Source of the DNA: a virus
Taxonomy: Duplodnaviria; Caudoviricetes
DNA: 64,000 nucleotides
Direction: 5' to 3' (one strand)
Virus record (IMG/VR): IMGVR_UViG_3300008113_000019
Location: 32,001 to 96,000 of that record
This document shows positions 28,980 through 37,648 of the stretch, piece by piece. Both the position numbers and the translations under genes were made by a program. Each line of letters begins with the position of its first letter. Within the stretch, counting starts at the first letter, position 1. Under the pieces are notes generated by a model. That model was not told where the DNA came from. It made no database searches and saw only the letters and a program-made list of their open reading frames with translations.

Positions 28980-30805
28980 TGGCAGGATTATTAGACGCCG
29001 TACAAGGTGCTCTTACAGGCGGATCTAAAGCAGTAACTGGCCTGGCGTCGGGTGTTTCTGCTATGCTCTCTTCAAAAGATAAGATAAGCCAAGAAAACTC
29101 GAATGTAATTTATGCTAGTTTCGGATTGGCCGGTACCGCCGCCAAACAGCGGGTTTCCGGGTCTGGAACACTACCAGCGGCTCAGGCTAAAAGCACGTAC
29201 AAAGCAAAAACGAATGATACTGAAAAGCTTCTGACCGATGTTGTGAAGTATTTAGTATCAATCAACGGTACTCTAAAGAAGCAAATTGACTTTGACAGAA
29301 GAGTATATGAAGAAAATGCTCTTGCTGCCAGAGAAGCAAAAGTTGAACAAAACAGTACGTTCGAAGAACTTGGAAAGCGATACGGTGCAGCAAACGATAA
29401 CCAAAAACCCGGTGGCGGCATCGTAGCCGGTATTCTAAGTGCGCTTGGCAGTCTTGGAAAATTAGGACTAGATGCATTACTCAAGGGGTTGGTCACAGCC
29501 TTTGAAGCGTTTTCTTCAGCCTGGAAATGGCTACGAGGAATTTCTTTCTTAAAGAATATAAAGAGTTTATTAGGACTTGCACGAGCACTTCCGATCGGAC
29601 CAATTGCCGCTGCGCTGGCCGCGGCTGGTGCTATTGTGTGGGGTGTTGACAAGTTCATGAAAAATACTGCGATGGAACCGTTGCAGGCAAGAAAAGAATT
29701 GGAACAGATGTATGGCATGAAACCGGTTCTTGATGAATCTGGCAGATGGACTACAGGCTATACTCTTCCCGATGGCAAAACATATAAACCAAACGCGCTT
29801 CCTTCAAAATACCAAGATATTTTAAATGCGTATGGTCCTGGCGATAAAAGAAACGCCGCTGCTGTTGAAGCAACAAAAAGAATACAAGCAGATCCTGGGG
29901 CCTATGAACCATCTAAGATGGCTGAAGAGTTAAAGGGAGGACAACAAGTTGCTGCACCTACTCCATCAGGAACTCAATCAGCCTCTACAGCTGGCCAGTC
30001 GCCATACGATGTCGTATTGGGTTATGGCAAATTTGGAAAACCAGAAGACTACTTCAATGGTAGAAAGCTATCACAACTTACTGTTGCCGAGGCATTATGG
30101 TTCGGAAGAAACGTTTTAATTCCTAATTCTGGAAGTATGAATTCTAGTGCCATGGGCGCTTATCAAATTGTGTCAAAAACACTACAAGGTCTGGTTGATC
30201 AAGGCGTAGTTAAATTAACTGATACTTTTAATGCGGCAACACAAGATAAAGCTGCTAAGGCGATTTATGATCAAGCCAATAAAGCAGGTACTCTAAATAA
30301 GCAATGGGCTTACTATATTCCGTCATATGGAGGTACAGGACAAAGATCCGATCCTCGTTCTTTTGAAGAAGCAAGAATGGATATCCTGAAAAAGGAAGGA
30401 ACTCTTAAAGGAACTAATAGTGTTCCAATGAGTCCAGCTGCTTCATCTGATAGTCCATTACAACAAGCTGCTGATACTGCTGCAGATGCTGCCGATAAAA
30501 TGTTAACAAGCGTCGCCGAGTTTATTGGAACTCTTGGCGGGAAAATCTTAGGCCCAGGGAAAGTAAGAAATCTTACTACAACCGGACCAGATTTTGCAAA
30601 ACTCATTTCTGAAGAGTCTAGTAAAATTCAAAATCAAATTGCGATGGGTGAGAAAAAGACTAACACCGCAGCTGCCAATATACCGCCGGCTGCTCGTGCT
30701 TTAAAGTCTATTTCTCCAAACGGATCTATTTCTGTTGTTGATCCAAACTATCCTGGTACTGGCGGGATTGAAAAATATCTCGGGCACTATAGACTGGCAT
30801 CATAA
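28979..30805 (+). CDS. tape-measure/hub-like protein with lysozyme-like domain
   Basis: YD.V...SSAMGAYQIV..TL...F...TQDKAA lysozyme-like pattern; gp29 position. Confidence 0.65.
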   Translation: MAGLLDAVQGALTGGSKAVTGLASGVSAMLSSKDKISQENSNVIYASFGLAGTAAKQRVSGSGTLPAAQAKSTYKAKTNDTEKLLTDVVKYLVSINGTLKKQIDFDRRVYEENALAAREAKVEQNSTFEELGKRYGAANDNQKPGGGIVAGILSALGSLGKLGLDALLKGLVTAFEAFSSAWKWLRGISFLKNIKSLLGLARALPIGPIAAALAAAGAIVWGVDKFMKNTAMEPLQARKELEQMYGMKPVLDESGRWTTGYTLPDGKTYKPNALPSKYQDILNAYGPGDKRNAAAVEATKRIQADPGAYEPSKMAEELKGGQQVAAPTPSGTQSASTAGQSPYDVVLGYGKFGKPEDYFNGRKLSQLTVAEALWFGRNVLIPNSGSMNSSAMGAYQIVSKTLQGLVDQGVVKLTDTFNAATQDKAAKAIYDQANKAGTLNKQWAYYIPSYGGTGQRSDPRSFEEARMDILKKEGTLKGTNSVPMSPAASSDSPLQQAADTAADAADKMLTSVAEFIGTLGGKILGPGKVRNLTTTGPDFAKLISEESSKIQNQIAMGEKKTNTAAANIPPAARALKSISPNGSISVVDPNYPGTGGIEKYLGHYRLAS

Positions 30806-32460
30806 TGGCATTAAAGGTTCTTATCACTGCCATCGACACAACCAACACGGCTAAATCTTTTGGCATCGTTGGTTCTGTTTTACTTAATGAAAGTGATATT
30901 AAAAGAGCTGCAAAACCAATTGCAGCCAACGACGATGCAGTTTCTTATCAAAAAACAGAATTAAACTCTAAAAAACTAGTTGCCGTTATAGATCAACTTT
31001 CTATAATGGACAACTTGTTTAAACAAAAGCTAACTAATCAAAAAATTGCATATCAAAATAATAAATTGAATGAGCAAGAAGATAGAATAGAGCGACAAAG
31101 CCGATTAGAAAAACTCAAAGACGCAGAAAAAGTTCACGGCTCAGAAGAAGGCGGACTTGGATTTCTGGCGCTTGCAGGTATTGGTTTGTTGGCATATGAT
31201 CCTATTATGAACGCAATTAAAGGTGTTGTAGATTTTACTGTTGAAGCCGGGACGTTCATTTCAGACACTGTAAAAGAGATTACCTCGTTTTTTAATGGTT
31301 TTTTGCCAGACGAACCAGAAGAAGAATCAATAGAAACCACGGCGCTTCCAACAGCATTACCTGCCGGAACTCTCAGAGGTCAAGCGGAAGCCGGTGTTAC
31401 GAACCCTCCACCACCTCCACCGGCTCCCGTTGATGCAAAACCGATTCCGCCGCCTGCTAAACCAGCCGGATCGCTGAGAGGCCAAGCTGAAGCGGGTGAT
31501 TATAAGAAACCGGTTGTAACAGCAGGTCCGACCCAAGAATCTAAACCAGCTACAAGTTCTAAGCAAGTAAAAGATGATAGAAGTTGGTGGGAACGAAATG
31601 CACCAAGTTGGGCGGGCGGGAAATCAGCACCAAGTGCCCAGTCTGGACAACAGGAATCAGCGGCAAAGTCGCCTTCAAGTAAAGTGATTAAAGTTAGCCA
31701 TCCTTCTACTGGAGAAGGATGGGGTATTGCTGGCGCCAACGATCAAAGAGGGCGTCCTGTAGTATTCACTAAAGAAGGCGCTGAAGCTTTTTATAAGATG
31801 ATGATAGATTCGAATGGCGTGGTAAAGCCGAGCGACGTTACGAGCAGTAAAAGAACGCGTGCGTATCAAGAAGAAATGAAAAAGCAGGGTTATAATCCTG
31901 CGACAAGATCACTTCATTTAAGTGGCCTTGCTATGGACATTCATGGTGAATCAAACGCTTGGATAAAAAAGCACGGTGCTAAGTATGGGTGGGTAGAAAA
32001 CAAATATAAAGGCACTCATGGTGGCCACTTTCAGTTCGGCGGAAAGGGTCTTTCTCCTGAACAAGGAGAAGTTACTGCTAGGCAATCGGTGGCTGAAAGA
32101 GTTGTGAATAAAGGCGGCGAGGTTGTCGATAAAACTCTTACAAACATGGCAGAATTTATTGGTACTATTGGCGGAAAGGTTGTCGGACCTGGGGTTGCTC
32201 GCGATCTTACAACCGCCGCTCCTGATTTTGCAAAACTCATTTCAAATGAAGCGGCTGTACAAACTGCAGAAATTGCTAAAATAAAAAGCGATGCAAACAA
32301 ACCTGCACCGCGTTTGACAGTATCTCCACCGAATATCAGCGCGGCTGGTTCGACTGCTGTACAAAATGCACCTACAATGATTGACAGAAATAGTGTGCAA
32401 TACTATCTAAGCCGTTTTGGATATAAAGAAACAAACGCACCAATTAAAGTAGCTAGATAA
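30805..32460 (+). CDS. tail-associated protein with peptidase M15-like (LAS family) domain
   Basis: S..RT...Q, SLHLSGLAMD, HG.KYGW and H..HFQ zinc-ligand pattern; paralog of the upstream gene. Confidence 0.7.
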   Translation: MALKVLITAIDTTNTAKSFGIVGSVLLNESDIKRAAKPIAANDDAVSYQKTELNSKKLVAVIDQLSIMDNLFKQKLTNQKIAYQNNKLNEQEDRIERQSRLEKLKDAEKVHGSEEGGLGFLALAGIGLLAYDPIMNAIKGVVDFTVEAGTFISDTVKEITSFFNGFLPDEPEEESIETTALPTALPAGTLRGQAEAGVTNPPPPPPAPVDAKPIPPPAKPAGSLRGQAEAGDYKKPVVTAGPTQESKPATSSKQVKDDRSWWERNAPSWAGGKSAPSAQSGQQESAAKSPSSKVIKVSHPSTGEGWGIAGANDQRGRPVVFTKEGAEAFYKMMIDSNGVVKPSDVTSSKRTRAYQEEMKKQGYNPATRSLHLSGLAMDIHGESNAWIKKHGAKYGWVENKYKGTHGGHFQFGGKGLSPEQGEVTARQSVAERVVNKGGEVVDKTLTNMAEFIGTIGGKVVGPGVARDLTTAAPDFAKLISNEAAVQTAEIAKIKSDANKPAPRLTVSPPNISAAGSTAVQNAPTMIDRNSVQYYLSRFGYKETNAPIKVAR

Positions 32461-32490
32461 AAAGAAAGGGGACCCGAGAGCCCCCTTTCC
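32461..32490. terminator. intrinsic terminator between convergent genes
   Basis: GAAAGGGG...CCCCTTTC stem with adjacent A-run (U-tail for the gp32 transcript). Confidence 0.75.
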
Positions 32491-32496
32491 CACCAA

Positions 32497-33399
32497 TCAA
32501 TCTTCTTCAGCAAGCCGCTTGAAGAAAGCCAGATCCTCGTCATCATCATCGACGGCTGCCGAAGCAACTGGAGCAGCTGGAGCAGCTGCCGCCTGGAAGG
32601 CTGGGGCCGGAGCCTTATACTCTTCCTCGTCAAGTTCAACACCACGGACCTTTGCCGGAGCATTTAGGGCCAGAACATTGTTGAGACGTGCCTTGAGTTC
32701 GTCATACGACTTAAAGTGCTTTGGATCCACGAGTTCCTGAAGGGAATGCTCCTGTTTCCAAACTGCTTCAAGCTTATCGTCATCATCGAACAGTGGTGCG
32801 GGAGAGTCGAATTCAGACTTATCGTAATTGGGGTAACCCTCAACCTTACGAATCTTAAGCTTGAAGTTTGCACCCGTCCAAAGATCGAAAGGATTTGTTG
32901 GCTTCTCGTCCTCGAACGCAGGGTTCATGAGGTCGTTCAGCTTGTCGAAGATCTTCTTGCCATACTTGTACAAGAAAACCTTACCTTCGTTCTCAGGATT
33001 TGCAGGGTCCTTGACAACATAGATGTTGCTGTAGTAAGCGAGACGACGCTTCTGCTTACGTGCAACTTCCTTGTCGGAGTCAAGTCCTGAATTCCAGAGT
33101 GAACTGTTGAGTTCGCCTACGGGATCGTCCTTACCAAGAGTCGTGAGCGACTTCTCGATGTACCATAGGCCAGTCGGACCCTGAAAACCATGGTCCCAAA
33201 TCTTGACAAATGGAAGGTCTTCACCTTCAGGTGCGGGGAGAAAGCGAATCACTGCATAGCCGTTACCTGCCTTATCCGTGGCACACTTCCAGAGCTTGTC
33301 GTCTCCGGTACGGTCGTATGTGGTGTTCTGCTTGGCGAGTTCCTTGGTGAGCTTCTCAAAAGAAGAGGTCGAGGAACGCTTGAGATCAGCAAATGACAT
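32497..33399 (-). CDS. gp32: single-stranded DNA-binding protein gp32
   Basis: DKAGNGYAVIRFLP, KYGKKIFDK, GANFKLKIR, acidic tail. Confidence 0.97.
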   Translation of the reverse strand: MSFADLKRSSTSSFEKLTKELAKQNTTYDRTGDDKLWKCATDKAGNGYAVIRFLPAPEGEDLPFVKIWDHGFQGPTGLWYIEKSLTTLGKDDPVGELNSSLWNSGLDSDKEVARKQKRRLAYYSNIYVVKDPANPENEGKVFLYKYGKKIFDKLNDLMNPAFEDEKPTNPFDLWTGANFKLKIRKVEGYPNYDKSEFDSPAPLFDDDDKLEAVWKQEHSLQELVDPKHFKSYDELKARLNNVLALNAPAKVRGVELDEEEYKAPAPAFQAAAAPAAPVASAAVDDDDEDLAFFKRLAEED

Positions 33400-33434
33400 A
33401 ATAATTCTCCTTGTATGTCGTTGTGTACGGTGTA

Positions 33435-34319
33435 TTAGTCGTTGTGTTTAATCGAGAGGTACTTTGCTCCACCATCCCAAGGCATGAACGGAATATCAGT
33501 ATATTCAATTGTACTGGATTCCTCGAATTGGGGAACAAATACATCTCGAATGTATTTATCATTATCGATGCCAAAAATTTCGTTGGAATATGCAATAAGC
33601 CAGTTCTTTGTTCCACCGATTTTTGTCATGATTTCATCACGAAGTTCGATTGGCATTTCGGTAAATGACCAAGTACCAATCATAAGATCCGCATCATGCA
33701 GATCATTCACATCAGATGTGTGCACGATGTTGGTATAACCCAACTGATCATGATACCACTTCTGAATTGCACCGACCTCAGGGAAATCGTAGATAATGTA
33801 CTTACCCTTGAAGCCGAGCTTGTAGACGATATCAGCCATGTCGCCGATACCACCGCCAAGTTCTACAATCGTATCCAGCTTAGACAGTGATTCCGGATCC
33901 CATCCATTAATCAATAGATGAGCCAGGTGCTGCACACGATTCATTGTTGTTGTAAAGTCTTCGAACAGGTTATAGATACCACGATCCTGTTCGGTGATTC
34001 CGATTTCCGGATCCTCGAGAGCATAGCGAACCTTGGCATTCTCCTTCCACTGCAGAACTACAGCGAAGTAATCAAGGAACCGTGCTCGAGTCATAAAAGG
34101 AACTGACATCACCGATGCCCAAACCTTGAAGCGTTCCTTCGGAAGCTTTTCAAAGTCCTCGGCAAAGACTTCTCGCATTGTGTTCCAGTAGTTGCCGTCG
34201 TTGACCTGCTTTGCAGACATCATCTTTTCGAATGTTTCACGAGAAGATGCCAGAGGAGCTGGGGCAGTCATTGCCGGATCGGCCGGCTTTGTAGTGTAAC
34301 GAAAATAATCAGTCATCAA
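33435..34319 (-). CDS. SAM-dependent methyltransferase, putative sugar O-methyltransferase
   Basis: IVELGGGIG motif I, YIIYDFPEV..IQ, WSFTEMP. Confidence 0.7.
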   Translation of the reverse strand: MMTDYFRYTTKPADPAMTAPAPLASSRETFEKMMSAKQVNDGNYWNTMREVFAEDFEKLPKERFKVWASVMSVPFMTRARFLDYFAVVLQWKENAKVRYALEDPEIGITEQDRGIYNLFEDFTTTMNRVQHLAHLLINGWDPESLSKLDTIVELGGGIGDMADIVYKLGFKGKYIIYDFPEVGAIQKWYHDQLGYTNIVHTSDVNDLHDADLMIGTWSFTEMPIELRDEIMTKIGGTKNWLIAYSNEIFGIDNDKYIRDVFVPQFEESSTIEYTDIPFMPWDGGAKYLSIKHND

Positions 34320-34894
34320 TCACCCGCAAATTTGTCTTTCAATATCTTGCGACACTTAAACATGTCATAATGAAAGAATGGTTTGTACTTACATAACTTT
34401 TTATATATGCTCGGCCAAAGAATACTATCATCAATCTTCTTATTCCAGTGTCCAAAGAAACCAAGAATATCGTTTAGGATAATAATAGTCTCGATCGAGA
34501 TCTCTCTACGTAAGTATTGCTTTAGTAGATATGGATGTTGTCCATTCTTTACAATAACATTATCGTCAAAATTTGTACACAGTTTATTTAAGTCTTGCTC
34601 AAAAATATAAGTCAAAGACTGTTGCCTCTTCAGCCAATCTGCGTATACCTGTTCGGACTTATCATCGAACAGATCGCCGATCCACTTTAGATCACCATCA
34701 ACAAAGTTGGCAACCAGGTACTGCAGTGGATTCTTATGCTTGGAGAGTCTATAGAACTGGTACTTGTCCTTGCGCGTCTCAAAACTCGATGCACTGGCAG
34801 TCACCTTACCATTGTATTTTACGTAGTCATAATTGTCTGTGGTGAAGTGGCTCTTGACAGCAAGGAAAGTCTTGTAAGACTCAAATGGTGTCAT
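34316..34894 (-). CDS. gp59: helicase loader gp59
   Basis: LAVK.HFT...YDY.KY.GK, F..RKDKY.F, ISIET; upstream of gp32. Confidence 0.92.
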   Translation of the reverse strand: MTPFESYKTFLAVKSHFTTDNYDYVKYNGKVTASASSFETRKDKYQFYRLSKHKNPLQYLVANFVDGDLKWIGDLFDDKSEQVYADWLKRQQSLTYIFEQDLNKLCTNFDDNVIVKNGQHPYLLKQYLRREISIETIIILNDILGFFGHWNKKIDDSILWPSIYKKLCKYKPFFHYDMFKCRKILKDKFAGD

Positions 34895-35142
34895 ACAGGC
34901 AACCGCGCAGACTTAGGAAGGTAGTTCAGATCTTCGGCAGCAGCCTGAATCTTTGATCGGATCTTAATATTATTCTTGATAATCGAGGCAGCAGCTTCGA
35001 TCTCAATGTTATTCTTTTCACAAAGGTGGACGACGGCATCCATATAGTCTAGATTATACTTTGCCACCAATCTTTCAATTTCCCTAATAAACTTATCGTT
35101 TGACATAGTCTTTTGCAGAATAACGTCGTCCACCATAATCAA
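34891..35142 (-). CDS. gp33: late transcription coactivator gp33
   Basis: YMDAVV..CE.NNIEIE...K...A..LNYL; gp33-gp59 synteny. Confidence 0.9.
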   Translation of the reverse strand: MIMVDDVILQKTMSNDKFIREIERLVAKYNLDYMDAVVHLCEKNNIEIEAAASIIKNNIKIRSKIQAAAEDLNYLPKSARLPV

Positions 35143-35721
35143 TTATCCTCGATAAAAAATGTGAGCACCAATTTTAGCAGTGCGATCAAAAACTCTACCC
35201 CATGACGGACTTACATAGTCGGCATGATAGAACTTTGCACCTCTTGTTACGTCTCCGTAATTTCCTAGGTACACATGTTCAGCGATTTCTTTGGCCTTGC
35301 GATACGCGGCCCAATCGCCAATTCGCTTTCCTCCCTCACACTTCCATGAAAACTGGCATACGCCTCTGGCCTTTTGATTAATGACCGCACATGGTGTTTT
35401 TGGGAATCGCTTGTCTTTTACGCGGTTCAACACGACGTTGTTCACCGCAATTCTACCTTTATAGGGTTCATGGCCTGCTTCAAAATATGTATTCTCGGCC
35501 ATGCATTGGATTTGTTGTTTATCGTAAGCACTGAGGTAAACAGGCTTCTTTACGATCTTTTCCTTTTCTATTACTTGAACTTCGGGAACCTTAATCACCT
35601 TGACCTCTGGTTCTTTCTGAGGAGTTGCAAGAGCTACACCAGTAACTGCAATAACACCTAGAAAAAAACCTTCGCCCCAACGTAGATAAGGAAAGTCCTT
35701 TCTGTTTTCGAATAGTTTCAT
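35143..35721 (-). CDS. SleB-like cell wall hydrolase (Hydrolase_2)
   Basis: C.A.N.YFEA..E, V.LNRV...FP...C.V..Q, CQFSW, YHADYV.P.W, IG.HIFY; N-terminal hydrophobic segment. Confidence 0.9.
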   Translation of the reverse strand: MKLFENRKDFPYLRWGEGFFLGVIAVTGVALATPQKEPEVKVIKVPEVQVIEKEKIVKKPVYLSAYDKQQIQCMAENTYFEAGHEPYKGRIAVNNVVLNRVKDKRFPKTPCAVINQKARGVCQFSWKCEGGKRIGDWAAYRKAKEIAEHVYLGNYGDVTRGAKFYHADYVSPSWGRVFDRTAKIGAHIFYRG

Positions 35722-35981
35722 TGTATCCTCTAATCTTAAATGATCCTGGCAACCAGAGACTGCTTCGAAGGCATCTCAGCCTAACAGTTTGTCCGTCGCT
35801 ATGAGAAGATACAAAATGAAATAACGAAGGTATCTTCCATCCATTTCCCTCTTACTGGAAATGCAAAATCATTATGGTTTCGTCGGTAGTATCTTAAAGA
35901 TACTGCTTTCTAGCCCTAAGACTTGAAGCTTTTGTAAGAGTCAATGGAGGTGTCAACCTCCGTCGCGATATAATATTTATA
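35722..35981 (-). ncRNA. long structured late-promoter leader (candidate cis-regulatory RNA or ncRNA)
   Basis: TATAAATA at 35981-35974 followed by ~250 nt with at least six hairpins and no convincing ORF. Confidence 0.5.
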
Positions 35982-35989
35982 CCATTAAG

Positions 35990-36280
35990 TTGCCGGATTC
36001 TGTTTCGAGGCTCCGGCGGGCCCAATGCTAGCCTCAAGCGGCTAGAGCAAAGGCAACGTCATTATCGTTTGCGTTTACGTTTAGTGGCAACTTTGCCAAG
36101 CAATCAGTCTCGAACCGCCTTATTCTGCGTGCATCGATTCCCAGTAACACCCCCATCAACTACACTGCCCGTAACGTCCGCGGTCTATATCTTGTCAATT
36201 CAAGACCACAGTGTAGATGGTGGAGGTGGGGGGATTCGAACCCCCGTCTACTCCGCTTTTATTGTTGATTGTCAACAACT
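35990..36280 (-). ncRNA. ssrA: two-piece (circularly permuted) tmRNA
   Basis: T-arm GGTTCGAATCC plus CACCTCCACCA ending 36218; stem-closed intervening segment 36217-36155; GGGGGTG 5' end at 36154 with G3.U70; tag ANDNDVAFALAA* at 36072-36034; outer ends approximate. Confidence 0.93.
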
Positions 36281-36289
36281 GATAATCTA

Positions 36290-36320
36290 TATATACATCA
36301 ATTTGTTTTTAATGTACACA
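36290..36320 (-). promoter_or_regulatory. early-type promoter for tmRNA
   Basis: GTGTACA-17 nt-TATATA, same family as other copies. Confidence 0.6.
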
Positions 36321-36321
36321 G

Positions 36322-36759
36322 TTATTTGCACCAAGATTGCTTTGCATCACCAAAATATTCACGAGCAAAGCCATTTGCAATCAGTTGAGCACGAAGACTC
36401 TTGCCATCAAGCATCATATCGCCAAGAATACGGCCGCCATATTTGTCCCAATCGTATACGACATATTGGACTTTCTTTGTCTTTGCTACTAGATCCTTTG
36501 TAAAGGCGCTAGCCGCTTGTCCCTTTGCGTCTTCTGCTGGACATTGGGCACGATGGCCTTTTTCTGGAGTATCCACGCCATAGATGCGAACTGAAATCAC
36601 AGGCTTAATTGGAGCAGGAACCCATGGCGCTTCAACCTGCACAGTGTCACCATCAGCAATCTTAATTACCTTGGCGTCATATGTAACACCAACTGGAGTC
36701 TTTTGTGCAGTAACTGGAACAGCTAGCGCAAAAAACGCCAGGGCAATAAACTTCTTCAT
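36322..36759 (-). CDS. thermonuclease (SNase-like) with signal peptide
   Basis: DGDT, R..GVDTPE, DKYGGR.L motifs; start moved to MKKFIALA. Confidence 0.9.
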   Translation of the reverse strand: MKKFIALAFFALAVPVTAQKTPVGVTYDAKVIKIADGDTVQVEAPWVPAPIKPVISVRIYGVDTPEKGHRAQCPAEDAKGQAASAFTKDLVAKTKKVQYVVYDWDKYGGRILGDMMLDGKSLRAQLIANGFAREYFGDAKQSWCK

Positions 36760-36767
36760 GGATATCC

Positions 36768-37094
36768 TTAATTGCAGCGAGTCTGCCAGTAGATATAACG
36801 CTCGCCACGATACCATTCAGTTACCTGTTCACGAACGCAATAACGGCGATCGTAGCGGTTATCAGGCGGATAGTAGCGATTGTCGTATTCTCGATCATGA
36901 CGATCTTCAGAAGCAATGGCACCTACAACGATTCCACCGATAATTGCTCCACAGAGCCATCCACAACCACCACGGTCTCTACGACGTTCATGCTGACTAT
37001 AGTCTCTGTCTCTACTGCGATCGCGATGATCAGCAAGAGCTGGAGTGGTGATTAGCATGCTAGCTACAAGGGCTGATGCAATAAGCTTCTTCAT
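36768..37094 (-). CDS. exported Arg/Asp-rich protein with glycine-zipper-like segment
   Basis: Signal peptide ...PALA, GAIIGGIVVGAIAS; start moved to 37094. Confidence 0.7.
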   Translation of the reverse strand: MKKLIASALVASMLITTPALADHRDRSRDRDYSQHERRRDRGGCGWLCGAIIGGIVVGAIASEDRHDREYDNRYYPPDNRYDRRYCVREQVTEWYRGERYIYWQTRCN

Positions 37095-37095
37095 A

Positions 37096-37278
37096 TTAGA
37101 ACCTTTCATCAATTTCGGCAAACATCACACGTTTTCGTGGATCACCTGGCGTGATACAACGGGTGAGTCTAAGAGCTTCATTATAATTCTTCGTATGAAA
37201 CTTCACCGGAAAGAGAATCTCTTCTTCCTCGGTCTCTAGAAGCATGCCTACGAAGTAAGTGCCATTTTCTTCTTGCAT
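37096..37278 (-). CDS. hypothetical protein
   Basis: ORF tiles the minus-strand gene array. Confidence 0.6.
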   Translation of the reverse strand: MQEENGTYFVGMLLETEEEEILFPVKFHTKNYNEALRLTRCITPGDPRKRVMFAEIDERF

Positions 37279-37282
37279 GCAG

Positions 37283-37648
37283 TTATTTATTCGCAGTAGA
37301 TTTTACCTTTACATAACTAATCGTGTCGTAACCCTTGTATTCTCCAGCCCATTGACTGCGAGGACGTTCTTTGAAACCAATCTTATCGAAATTATCTTCG
37401 AAAAACTTAGCAGCGATCCCACTAAGCTCATATTCGTTTTCAGCCTGTAGCTGAAATGAGTCTGAGCGCCATTCCTTATTAAAGGTGACCTTATAAGTCT
37501 TAAGCCTCTTCGCTCTCTTGGCCTCGTTCTTGATCATCTCCTTGGTACTGCCCTTACGGTTATTCAGGATCTGATTGAACCGATGTTCAGCAACAGATGC
37601 AAGAGGTCCCCAGGATTCTGGGGACCGGTTCTTAATATCAAACAGCAT
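37283..37648 (-). CDS. hypothetical protein
   Basis: ORF overlapping the upstream stop, GGAG RBS. Confidence 0.7.
   Translation of the reverse strand: MLFDIKNRSPESWGPLASVAEHRFNQILNNRKGSTKEMIKNEAKRAKRLKTYKVTFNKEWRSDSFQLQAENEYELSGIAAKFFEDNFDKIGFKERPRSQWAGEYKGYDTISYVKVKSTANK

Noticed and set aside
29388-29402. AANDN in the tail protein (and AANDD in its paralog) resembling the tmRNA tag start
   Set aside because: Short, internal, not a C-terminal degron; could be chance or a generic low-complexity motif.
36218-36255. tRNA-like T-arm and CCA
   Set aside because: No D or anticodon arm upstream; it is the acceptor piece of the permuted tmRNA.
36069-36503. 144-aa plus-strand ORF
   Set aside because: Overlaps the tmRNA and nuclease genes on the other strand; no protein features.
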